The position numbers and the translations under genes are program-made. A stretch of 62,635 nucleotides of DNA, the filler included, from Aduncisulcus paluster (taxonomy: Eukaryota), in the NCBI GenBank assembly GCA_024181965.1. It is 5 parts of 5 records of this genome, joined end to end, with 100 filler letters (N's around TTAATTAATTAA, not from the genome) between each part and the next. Parts side by side here need not be neighbours in the genome. Positions count along the whole stretch, not along the records: positions 1 to 18,224 come from BQXS01012703.1; positions 18,325 to 32,752 come from BQXS01012704.1; 3 more parts are not named here. One strand, written 5' to 3'. The notes beneath the pieces were generated by a model that was given only the letters and a program-made list of their open reading frames with translations, did not search any database and was not told the DNA's origin. This document shows positions 12,249 to 23,277 of the stretch, piece after piece (the stretch's first letter is position 1; each line of letters begins with the position of its first letter).

Positions 12249-12879
12249 GACGTATAAGGTTTCGTTTAAAAACCCGAGCGCATGCACTCGTGGGCGGTGT
12301 GTGCGGTGTTATTGAAAGAGGACAAATGTTATAACATGAGATACGATAAACAATAGGAAGACATAGACAATGATACACAAGAATCGCTAGAATACAATGA
12401 CAATACATATATATATCCACAGTATCAATTTCCAAGTATCGAAGAAAAGCGATGAATCAAACACAGAACTATTGATTGAGAGACAAAGATCACATTGTTT
12501 AAAAACGATTAAATATATAACCGTGGGATGAAGGTAATCGTTGGATTATCGACGAGTTAAATGATCAGCAGGACCGTCCTCCACTTCCGTCGGCTGTGGA
12601 ATATTCAGGTCTTCTTCCTCCAGAGACGCTTCCAAGCCAAGTTGGTTGGGTCCCACTTCCCTTCTGGGTTGTCCCCAAGACAGCAGGCCTTCATGGGTCA
12701 GGAATGGTTCTCCTAAGATGATCTGGAACCTTCCTTTCAATGAAATTACCATGCAGTCGGGGTTTAGTTCCAGCTCTGATTTATCGAATCCTGGAATTAC
12801 TATGATGGGGTTTGCCCTCCGGTCGGATATCAAGCTGTGTTGTGACACGGCAGTTATGGTTTCTGATTGGCCGACAGTC

Positions 12880-13233
12880 TCTTCAATGGGTCATAGTTAA
12901 GCGATTTCCTCCCCCTAAAAAATTTGAATTGGCTTGGATTGGCCCGTATCAAGTAATCCAAAAGACTGCAGATCGGGAATATCATGTCAGGTCTCCATTG
13001 GGTGCCTCCCGTACAGTCCACAGTCAGGACTAATTCCAAATGTATCCAAAACAGGTGCTCTGAATGCCATTGCAACCGACCTAGGACTAAGACTTCCACG
13101 TGAAGTCATAAAGAAGAAGGGGAGGGGTGCTGGACTGCGATTCCTTGTCCGTTGGTATGGACTCCCAGATAATCTAACTACCTGGATACCCAAGAAAGAC
13201 ATTCAAGACTCTGAGGCTTTTAAGGTGCATTGA
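12880..13233 (+). mobile_element. Chromovirus integrase C-terminus (GPY/F motif plus chromodomain), frameshifted
   Basis: KFELAWIGPYQVIQK, then EVIKKKGRG..RFLVRWYGLPDNLTTWIP (chromodomain). Confidence 0.85.
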
Positions 13234-13814
13234 GTGCACCAGACTGTATTACATTTTACATTGAAATCGAAGAGTACTCCGCCAGTGAAGGTGAGTAATG
13301 GAAGATAAGGAAATATTTGTCAATAGAGCGGAAAGCACAGATAAAACAAATAATTCTTTATAAAATATAAGTTTTAAGAGATATGTAAAAGGATTTTGTC
13401 ACAGTTTTTAAGTAAGATATATTGATATATCCAACTTGGAGTTTCAAGTGTATAAAGGTCATATAAAGGATTTTATTTTATTATTTTATTAATTTTTATG
13501 TGTTTTAGTAAGGTATAAATTATAAAAAGGCATTTTAGAGAAACATAGTATGAAATTCCCGAAAACAGTTGTTTGGTCGAAGATATGAATAATTACTAAT
13601 TATTTTCTAGTAGTGTGGTATTCCGGCAATTTCTCATAGTCTAAATATAGATTCGTTTGCTTGGACCGTTCGTTTATTAATAAATTGTAAGTAAGCTTAA
13701 TAGCCAATTACCATAAATTGATCAATTTATAAGAAAGACTTCACCAAAAGCACTAAAACCCTCGAAAGGAGTTGCACAGGGAGATCCTCTTTCAGCAGTG
13801 ATTTTTGCCACAAA

Positions 13815-14130
13815 TAGGCTAATGGCAGAGTGGAAAGAGTTAATAGAGAGATAAAAAGGCATTTAATGGGATTCATTTCAGATTTGTTCGAAAAAGATGA
13901 ATGGCACAAATGCCTGCCCCTAATACAGCACATCATTAACCAATCATTTCACTCCGCTATTGGATGTTCCCCTTATGAAATCTATTTGGGAACAGGGAGA
14001 CAAGAAGCATCGTGGATGACTGGGAAAGAGCAAGATTGAAGTCCTATGAAGAACTCCCTGCTTTCCACAAGGATGTTGACGAATATGTAAAGCTTTTAAC
14101 ATCCAACATCAAAGAAATGCACATACTCCA
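13815..14130 (+). mobile_element. Gypsy integrase core fragment
   Basis: ANGRVERVNREIK, WHKCLPLIQHIINQSFHSAIGCSPYEIYLG. Confidence 0.85.
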
Positions 14131-14379
14131 GGTATGACCTTGATGTCTTGCGCATCAGCACTTCTTGTAGACCCAAGTGGCGAACGAACAAGGTATCCCC
14201 TGTCAGCAGTTTTCTCGATTACTTGGTAGGGTCCTTCCCAAGCTAGTTAGATGGGAGCTCCATACCCGTTCTAGGCACGGTAAAAATCCATACTTCACTT
14301 CCAGAATCCGGCCACATGAAAGAGAGAATTGTCTTTTTATGTCTCTACATGGAAGATTAGTGTTGTCGATATTGCCAAA

Positions 14380-14900
14380 ATGTTGTGTCTGGGGGACAGC
14401 ACGGTATATCGATGGATACTATCCATCGGCTAGAAGCCAAATGATGAGATGGAACCCTCTCTAAACAAACTAAAAAACAGATAAAACTCCTGGACGGTCC
14501 CACTGGGGAATTTATTTAAGATGCGAAAATCACCCGATATTATGCTGGATGAACTTCAACAGGAAATACGGAAGAGATTCCAGTTAGTAGTAAGTCTAGC
14601 AACAATATCACGGTCTAAATACTAATGGATTCACCTATAGAGTCATATCTCACTTAGCAAGGAAGATCCAGAAATCACAAATTGAACACTTCGAAAAGAA
14701 AATAGACACCATTCTTAAGGCAAATGGAACAAAAAATTTCGTATGGATCGATGACACCGGTATGAGACGCTCCGAAAAAGAGGGTACGGATCAAAGGAAC
14801 AAGACTCCGGAAACTTTCCAACAAGAGCCTACGCTCGAAGAGAGTGTCATATATTGGTTTTCTTGGCCCAAGTTGGTGGCTCCATTGGGACCGAACAAGG
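14380..14900 (+). pseudogene. Decayed Tc1/IS630 transposase related to 2032-3168
   Basis: HPDIMLDELQQ..VSLATISR, LARKIQ..FEKKID..FVWIDDTG, SLRSKRVSYIGFLG..WLHWDR, all collinear with the 2032 copy. Confidence 0.8.
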
Positions 14901-15749
14901 AAACCTGGGTGTGTTTGGTATGCTAGAGAACAAGCTTCCTTGGATGATGATTCCACAATACATGAAAGTGAAGGGGAATCTAGTACCAGAAGGACTAGTG
15001 GATCACTGGAGGATCGGTACAAATGGTGTACCTATCCAGGGAAACATGTCCAATATGCTGATCCATTCATGTGTTTCGAAACCCTTTGCAAAAAACCTTG
15101 CACTGAGGGTGTTAAGAAGAGAAATTTCTATTGATCTTTACAAAGCGATCTATCATGACCTAAAGAAATCAGATTTCGAAACAGATATTCTTCCTCTTAG
15201 TCAGATACAGTTTATAAACCACTCTGTTATGGAGAAGAAACTCTTCTCTATCAAACTAAGAAAACCCAATGGTCAATCATAGAAACCACTTTCCGATTCA
15301 GGTGGTATAGCATTACAGATTATGCAATACCTTACTTAATCTTAAATTTCTTTGAGCATCTTACTCATCTATCTCCTTTCCAATCAATTCCATACGAAGA
15401 ATATCCAGCTGAACCCATATCATTGATCGCTTCATAAGGCAGTACATACTTTTCTACGTAATCATTATGATATTGATATTCCTATTGTTTTTCCAGGTTC
15501 TTTCCCAGATATCACATTCCTATACTGAGTTTTGTGCTTCAAAAGAGATTGAACCCCTTATCGTCATTCCATTAATAATATACATGGATGACATTGCCAC
15601 AGCTAAGATAGGACACCGTACTATCAATTAAACTTACTATTGGAACTATTCTCATAGATTTGAGGAACAAAAGTAGTAGTTGGGTCGAAATATCTTTAAT
15701 AGATGAAAGTCGTCCAAGGAATGCAACGGTTGTATGTCTTAATAAGTTA

Positions 15750-16260
15750 ATGGAGATTAAAACCCTGCAGGCTATAAGTTATCAATTGGTGGGTGTACTA
15801 TGAAAGTCTCGGGATATTTATTATGGATCATTGAGACAATAAGCAAAAATGCCTTAACCTTGGAATCAGTTCACATTACAAACCATGTCCATCATCTTCT
15901 ATTCACTTATGGGGTGAATATCATGAGATTGCACTGCTCTTTCAATGCAACGGACACACCTCTAACTACTGGTTGTGTGGCTGGAGTCGATGGATCTGGG
16001 ACAACATACTTGAGGAGAAAACGAGAGCTATCACCGATGACAAAACAAGGGAAAGGGATCAACAATATCTCACCAACGTATTAAAAGTACAAGAAAAATG
16101 GGCTGGTTACAGTCGAGTCAATGTTTTTACCGCGGGAATAAGAAGCAGTCAGCGGATTGAGAAGGAGCATGCCTTGGACAAGGCATTGTGGCAAATGTAC
16201 CAACTTAATGTGCCACTCCTGCTTCTTATCCAATAAATTAGAAACATAGCTCGAATCGGT
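15750..16260 (+). pseudogene. Mutator (MULE) transposase relic
   Basis: KWAGYSRVNVFTAGIRSSQRIE matches the MULE W..F.AG..S/TQR.E motif. Upstream HHLL..GVNI resembles the degenerate HxLCxxH site. Confidence 0.65.
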
Positions 16261-17806
16261 GTACTCAGGAAAACGTAGGCATCACTTTGTCTTAAGAAGA
16301 CCTGCCGCAAAATGTCCTATTTGTAAAACGGAGTTTCACCAAACCACCATACAAGGTAGATACCCTACCGAATCCTATCAAGTATTATCTTACGAACAGA
16401 TGCGTACAATAATCGACAGAAGTATTAAACTAGTTCCGTGTCACTGTCATGGAATGGTAATACCACAAATTCAACAACGCATGTATGCTATAGAAATGGT
16501 ACATGTTGAAACAGTTCATTCAAGCTCAGGAACTGGACACAGAGAACGTATGTTTAATATGCTCCATCCTTCAATGCAAGCGGAACTTGTAACAAGCGAA
16601 GAAGATATCCCCTTGAACAGAGAAGAGGAAGAGAAGACTCCAGTCAAGAAGAAGAATCCCATCATGACCAGGTGACCGGAACAATTGCAGAACCATTCCC
16701 CGCGTCATATTATCAGCGCTTTTCAGCAGCAGAGGTAGCTGAAGACACTTATGTTGACAGCGGAGAAGAAGAAGAAACAAGTCGTAGCGAAGAAGAGACA
16801 AGTCATGAGGAACTCGGTGCTAACCCCCTCCACCTGTGAGTTCTGAAGAAGAAATGCTCCTGAGGCAATCCAATCATTTGTTTCGCACGTCATTGACCGA
16901 TTTTTACAGACCTATGAGAAGGAAAAGAAGAAAGAAGCAGAAGAACTGACAGCACTGGCCTGTGAGAGGTTGCTAAAACGAGGACAGATCGAAGATATCT
17001 TCAACAAGCTCTCGTTTTTTCAACACAAAAATTCCTTACTAAGGAACAATTAGTAATTGTTTGGAAATTTTCTTTTTAATATACGAAACTTCTTCTTTAT
17101 GTGACATTTATAGAGAAGGTGGCATTCATGGGCCTCGTACTGTTTTGTATGTGTATTAAGTACAACTGATCGAGATGAAATGGCTAGAATAATTGGAAGC
17201 TCAAACAAATCTGCAAAATCCAGCATCGATTTCATCGAATCGTTTGTTGAGGAGAAACAACCAAAGCCAAAAGGCACCAGTTATTGCTTTGTGCACTGTT
17301 CATAAGATTGGCCTTATTGAGATTAGACTATACTGAGATTTTGAAGTTATCACATGGAACACCGTTGATTTCCTATTGTGGAGTGGTATAAACCCGTTAT
17401 TTCATCGATTAAGCAATATAATTCTATTTTTTTTTAAAAAACTTTTTCAACATCTAGAACAACTATAATGGATTGGAGGATGATTTTGGAGATTACGGCG
17501 AGCATGACTTTGCAATGGAAATCAGGGCTCAAGAAGAAGCAAAAGAACTTGAAAAAAACAATTCATATTGAAAACTTAAAGCAAAGTATATTGAAAAAAA
17601 AACATCTTATTTTTTTTTTGAATTCTTCCCAAAAAGTGGAAATGAAAATTTTACCAAAGAGAGAAAAACTCACATCTTTTCAATCTGCTGATAACATGGG
17701 TGTCCTTAGAAAATTTCTTTTGCTGAATTAAAATTGTTAAGTGAGAATTTATCTCTGGACATGAAGGAAGGCAACGAAATCGGAATCCCAACAAAGGCGC
17801 AATTCT

Positions 17807-18224
17807 ATGCTGCAAAAAATGGGACACGGGAAACTAGAGTATAAAATTGTTAAGTCTGCATCTCCAAGACCCGATTTTACCGATTTAGAGAAGTTTTATC
17901 CCCATCCAGAATTAGTTCGACCTTCAATTGGTGGCTTAAATGGTGATATTGCAGCGATAGAAGATTTCCTCGAAAGAGTTGAGGAATATACCGAAGAATC
18001 TCTGACTCTCCAACATTCAATGCCCAAAAGCAGTAAATATGACCCAATTTTGGGGCATCAGCTCAATAACATCTCATGGTTGGAACCATTCTGTTCTTTG
18101 TGGAGGGTAGACATCCCAAAATATGAATTGCTCAGTGGTCTTAGAAAAAAACATATAAAATTATGTTGTTATCATTTAGCAACTGAATATCATATCGATC
18201 ATTTGACATCATCAAAACATAGGC
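17807..18224 (+). CDS. Unknown ORF running into the scaffold end
   Basis: About 139 codons open to the linker. No recognisable motif. TE-rich context. Confidence 0.3.
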
Positions 18225-18324
18225 NNNNNNNNNNNNNNNNNNNNNNNNNNNNNNNNNNNNNNNNNNNNTTAATTAATTAANNNNNNNNNNNNNNNNNNNN
18301 NNNNNNNNNNNNNNNNNNNNNNNN
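18225..18324. other. Artificial scaffold linker (also 32753-32852, 53488-53587, 60504-60603)
   Basis: 100 nt of N with a central TTAATTAATTAA (stops in all six frames), repeated four times. Confidence 0.98.
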
Positions 18325-18325
18325 C

Positions 18326-19795
18326 AAAGGAAGTCTGTGTCCACTGTGGTGGTCCGACCCAAAGAAATATGGAACCACCCATAATTTAAGTCAAGTGATT
18401 GTCTTTTGGGCCAGGCAAATGGCCGAATCCGTCTTGAAATGGGTGAAAGAGTCCATCCCCATTTATAAATTCAGATTACAGCGCTATGGGGGCGATCTAC
18501 TAAAGCTCGACGGATGTAAAAACGGTTTCTCAACAATAAGAGAAATATCCAATCAATTGAATGTGATAGGTCAATTGATTGGTGACAAAAAGGACTCTTC
18601 CGAATCTGTGGCGCCGCCAGTTCAACCGGATCATCCGATTGATGATCAATTAAGTCTCAGGCCCAAGCTTCCGCCAAGACTTCCTCCGATCCTCCCTACT
18701 TCAAAGTCCGGGATGAGGTTCTTCCCTCTGTCTCGTTCGCTCCTCAATGCTGCCAAAAATAATCTGTTTTCGGCATACGGACTACGCCTGCTCCGAAAAA
18801 CACTTAAAAGATGCAAAACCAAGGGGCTCGTCTATGTTTTAACTGATGGAGTTGGTGCTCGCCTCGTTATGGGGCCAAAAACCTCTGATCAGTATAAAAT
18901 TTCGGTATCAAGCCTGGTTTCCTCTCCCGCCCCCAAGCAGACTGCAAGCCTGGTTTCCTCTCCCGTCTCCAAGCAGGCTGCATCTACATTGTGCCTCGGC
19001 GTTGACCCTGGCAGAGCTGTCATTGCCGGCACTGCTCTCGTGTTAAAGCACGAAGCCGGCGATCCAGCAAGCGAGAAGACCGAATTCGGTATCATCCCAA
19101 AGGGAATACGAAGAGGAAAGAACAAAAGAAACGAAAAGCAAGCGAGAAACAGGAAGAAGTTGCTTACCCTTTCACTAAATCGGCTAAATCTACCCCAACT
19201 GCGAACTCCTAATACTGAGGTTTTAAAAGAACGTCTCAGAAAGGAGTTCGCAATTTGGGATAGTTTTAGACAATTATCTGAAGCAAAATTCTGGCGTCGT
19301 CAGCGTTTCGGACGTGAATTAATGCTGGAAAAGAAAATAATGAAATACACGTCTGACCACATCAAAATGGCACGGAAAATTGGAGCTAATTTTCTTTTGG
19401 CATACGGAGATGCTGGCGAAGGCTATAAAAAGGCCTTTTCATCTTCAGGAAAAGGACATCCAGCAACACCCGCAGTAAGAAAGGTTCCAAGAATAATGTC
19501 ACATGTTGTAAAGAATATGGGTGGGATATTTATCAAAGTTGACGAATATCACACTTCCAAATTATGTCCATATTGTTACAAAAAACTTGGCACGATGAAT
19601 CCGAAAACTCGTTTGAGAAAGTGTCCTGGTTGTCATCATGAAGGCCACCGTGATTCTTTAGCTGCATTAAATATTGCTAATCTTGGTTATTATGAGTTTC
19701 TAGGTATCCCAAGTCCTCCAGAATTTTGTTATTCCCACCAAGATCTTCATCATCCTCGGCCTCCTCCAAGACAAAGACTTTCCTTTAGATTATAA
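18326..19795 (+). CDS. Fanzor (Fanzor1-like, eukaryotic TnpB) RNA-guided RuvC nuclease, 5'-truncated by the scaffold edge
   Basis: RuvC-I LGVDPG (D 19004-19006), AYGDA strand, VDEYHTSKLCPYC (E 19544-19546), CPGC zinc ribbon, RuvC-III HRDSLAALNI (D 19652-19654). Frame open from 18326. Confidence 0.9.
   Translation, partial: KGSLCPLWWSDPKKYGTTHNLSQVIVFWARQMAESVLKWVKESIPIYKFRLQRYGGDLLKLDGCKNGFSTIREISNQLNVIGQLIGDKKDSSESVAPPVQPDHPIDDQLSLRPKLPPRLPPILPTSKSGMRFFPLSRSLLNAAKNNLFSAYGLRLLRKTLKRCKTKGLVYVLTDGVGARLVMGPKTSDQYKISVSSLVSSPAPKQTASLVSSPVSKQAASTLCLGVDPGRAVIAGTALVLKHEAGDPASEKTEFGIIPKGIRRGKNKRNEKQARNRKKLLTLSLNRLNLPQLRTPNTEVLKERLRKEFAIWDSFRQLSEAKFWRRQRFGRELMLEKKIMKYTSDHIKMARKIGANFLLAYGDAGEGYKKAFSSSGKGHPATPAVRKVPRIMSHVVKNMGGIFIKVDEYHTSKLCPYCYKKLGTMNPKTRLRKCPGCHHEGHRDSLAALNIANLGYYEFLGIPSPPEFCYSHQDLHHPRPPPRQRLSFRL
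18909..18980 (+). repeat. 36-bp tandem duplication inside Fanzor
   Basis: CAAGCCTGGTTTCCTCTCCCG.C.CCAAGCAG.CTG twice, encoding SLVSSP..KQ.A x2. Confidence 0.9.
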
Positions 19796-19822
19796 TTCTA
19801 TTACCAATTTTACTATTTTTAC

Positions 19823-19925
19823 TCACCGCGTGTTTTCACGATGGTGAATTTTGAACATTCTTTTTGCTTGCTGTCGCTTTGCGACGCATCGCAAATTGAA
19901 TTTGTTCGATATTATATTTGTCGAA
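19823..19925 (+). ncRNA. Candidate Fanzor omegaRNA scaffold
   Basis: Starts 28 nt after the stop. Hairpin 19823-19847 (TCACC-GCGTG/CACG-AT-GGTGA), long bulged hairpin 19853-19907 (GAACA..TTTGC..GTCGC/GCGAC..GCAAA..TGTTC), overlapping hairpin 19905-19925. Confidence 0.6.
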
Positions 19926-20086
19926 TTAAAACTAAAATTCTTCATTGAATCTTAAATATAGTATTTACTCAGCATTTTATTAAAAAATCACGGAAAGAAA
20001 ATATCCAAAATTTTCATTTTGGGATATTAAAAACACAAAAACAAAAAATGAGCAAGAATATCGAGGGTCGAGATCTGCGGAAAAAA

Positions 20087-21265
20087 TCATTCTGTTTCAT
20101 GAACTCTAGCAATTGAATCCATAAATTTGTCCCACTTCCCGGCCTCAGCATCTAAGAATTCCTTGAGAGAATGATCCTTGACGACTTCCATAACCATCTC
20201 TTTTCCGGCATTGTTTGCAATGTGACGACGAAGTTCCAATGTGTACAGATTCCAATTATCATATACTTCTTCCCTTGGCATGAATGGAGGAAGGATATCA
20301 ATTCTCCCACTTGTCCATAATCTAACCATTAACCTGAGAGAAACAGGAAGTTTAGATTCAAGGTAGCATGAAGGGTCATATGGAATATTGAAATGAATTG
20401 GTTGACAATTCAATCTGGTGTGCTCTTGGAAGTAATATGAACAAAAAGAGTGGATCTTATCATCAACATGCTTGGAGAATTCAGGGAAAAAGGCTAATGA
20501 TTCAAGTTTGACAATGGATTGGGCCTTCTTGATGGATCCACAATCATCGCCAGATTCAGATATAAATTGCAACTTGGACTGGTCGGAAAGATATTCACCC
20601 ATTTCGTCACGCAATTTACGCTCATAATACCCAAAGTAAAGAGCATCATGACTATTGAAAATGTGTTTAAAGAGGGGGTGAACACCAAGGTAACTATCAA
20701 CAACTGGACGTCCAAAATTATGTGAAATAATGAGAGCATTATCAACCCAAGACCGTCTGGGAGTAATTGGATGGAGACATTTGGAGAGACGATTCTTTCC
20801 AAAAATTGAAATCTTTAACCCAACAGTAGCAAGAACAAATTTAATACAAATACTAGATATTATACGAACACACCATTTTCTGATAGATTTAAATGGGAAA
20901 AAAATAATAGAAAAGGCTAAAGCGAAGATACAAGCCGATACAATTTCAAAGAATAACAAACACAACCTTATGGGAAGTAATGTCAAGAAGAAAAGAACAA
21001 CTCGAATATTTCCAAATAATCCTTTCAACTTGAAGAAAATAACATATATTAAAGAAAACAAAACATTTTAGTTGTTGGCATCAATAATTACATTAAAATC
21101 GAAGATAACGAATTGATACATACCATAATACAATATTTTCAATAAATATTCCGGTCGAAAAAATGAAACAAATTCGGGAATCGAGCCAAACTGTCCAAAA
21201 CCGCCCAGAGTAAAGAAATGATGTTTAATTAGTCGTTTGAAGGAAGATTGGAAATAAAAATACAA
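20087..21265 (-). CDS. Lysophospholipid acyltransferase (LPCAT/PlsC-like), with intron 21022-21123; start uncertain
   Basis: N-terminal TM segment, LIISHN, FFPE, QPI, IDILPPF motifs. A 102-nt GTATGT..AAAG intron removes the in-frame TAA at 21068-21070. Confidence 0.65.
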
Positions 21266-21344
21266 TTATATCAATAATTTATTAAATATATCTTGCTTGT
21301 CTCCTCTATTTTAACAAGACAAACATAATTTATCGTTTTGCTCA

Positions 21345-22721
21345 ATGGATCTTTGTAGAATATTAAAAAAGTTTAAAGGGTTACAGTATATCACATCCAG
21401 AGATCTTGAATTACCATCATTTGATTCAATTGTTCTAATATTGACATGCTTATGTGAACGTGTCGACATCGACACTCCAAAGGAAGTTCCAACGGTATGT
21501 TTGTTATATTCTTTGTGATCATTTCTTCTTCAAAATGTTATATCCGATAATTCTTCGTTTTAGCCCCGTGTTCATTCAGATCTTGCGTGGAGTCAATATC
21601 ATCGTGATCAAGTGGATTTTATCGAAAAGATTATATCAAATATTCCTCAGGATTCAACTATGTATAGCAGAATACAAAGAGAGGGAATAGCTGGAGAAAG
21701 TGTGATCAATGATCCCACCAAATTTCACTCACTCTGTTGGTGTTTTGTTGATGCTTATCGTGAGATTATTAAGCAAAGAAGACAGAAAAAAGACGAAAAA
21801 CAGATATCATCGACATCAAAACACGTATTCCCTGCCGTTCGAGAAAGATTAATGAAAGAAAAAATGGAAAAAGAGAAAGCTGAAACATTAAAATCTGAAG
21901 AAAAAAGGAGGATAGAGGAAATGAACAATAGAATTCGCATTGAAAATGAAAAGAAAGCAGAAATAGCTCGTAAAAAACGTGCCAAATATGAAATGGAACA
22001 CTCCAAAAGTAGTGAAGTTGAAGAAGAAGAGACTTGTTCTGGATCTCCACTGCATGAAGAGCAAACCCAATCACATATAACAGAACATCGTCCATGTGAA
22101 ATGTCTCTTGATCCAGATGAAAGCTCTCGAATATTGGCTTCATATTATTCACCATCAATCTCAGTCATATCTCAGTCCAATGGTATTGGATCATCAGAAA
22201 TAAGCCCCAAAGAACCCAGAAAAACATCATATTCGCCGTATTCCCATCCGATATCTAGTGATATCCACCCTCACTCAAGTTCTGTTGAATTGCCATTCGA
22301 TGATCGAAGATATGTGATGCTATCAGAGAGATGTGCAGCTTTGGAAGCGAGGATTCAACGTCTCCAAGAGAAAAATATATACCTTAACTCCCTTCTTGAG
22401 GATTTGTCTTCCCCTGTTCATGATCTTTCCCTTGTTCTAAAACATGGCTGTGGGAAAGAAGCCACGGAAGTATGCTCAGTGGTTTTACGAAAAGGAATTG
22501 GACGTTTTATTGAAGAAATGAAGATGATTGATGCCAAAAAGCGAGATAGAACAACTATGGCTTATCTTTCAGATGAGTTCTCACCACTTCAATCCGATGC
22601 AAGGAGACCTACCCCTGGATCGAGTGGTTTGTCGTCTCATGAAGATGTTGGAAAAGAAAGACTTTGTTATTCACATGAATCTTCTTCTCAAGACTCTCTA
22701 AACGAAGGGATTAATCATTGA
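21345..22721 (+). CDS. Coiled-coil protein of unknown function, two exons (21345-21494, 21564-22721)
   Basis: ATG 21345 with 50 open codons. A 69-nt GTATGT..TTTAG intron joins in frame to ORF 21612..22721. Confidence 0.75.
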
Positions 22722-22894
22722 TAAAGATGATCTTTTCGATCACCAAGTTGGTAATATTGATCAGACATATTTCCAGATGAGATAGACCTCTGGCCTCGAA
22801 TAGGCGCCATTGGATTCCGAACCACTATACTGTACTTTACTATACTGCATAATTGGAGGTGCAGGATACGTATCAGAAAATCCTTTTGATTGGT

Positions 22895-23045
22895 TCTTGC
22901 TTGGAGATGATTTTCGTCCAGACCGAATATGCCGAGGGGGAACACTTAAAGAATACCTTCAACAAAAGAAAAGCAAACGAATATCTGAAAATGGAGACAT
23001 GGCGTGTATGTGAAACAATGCTCGTTGCCCTTGTTCACATTCACC
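22895..23045 (+). pseudogene. Protein kinase (NEK-like) fragment, frameshifted
   Basis: Across frames: MIFVQTEYAEG/GTLKEYLQQKK..RISE/ETWRVCETMLVALVHIH, i.e. kinase subdomains IV-VIa. Confidence 0.7.
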
Positions 23046-23277
23046 GGTTATTTTTACTGTTCAACTGAACTTCAACAGTAGTACTGTTACAGTACAAGTT
23101 GTTACTAACAATTTCTAGTAGAAAAGGGTATCAAAAATAGAGCGAGAAGATGATTAAATTAAAATAGACAATCGAAACATTAAATTTTAATGATTAAAAC
23201 AAAATAAATAAAACACTCAGAAATCTTAAATCGAGTAAATAATAGAATAAGACAACAAAAACAATAAATATATAAGA

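Noticed and set aside
17807..18394. ORF 17807.. as the N-terminus of the Fanzor
   Set aside because: Separated by an artificial scaffold linker, and it does not resemble the N-terminus of the 54120 paralog.
19908..19930. Guide target within the window (ATATTTGTCGA near 11865)
   Set aside because: An 11-nt AT-rich match is too short to separate from chance.
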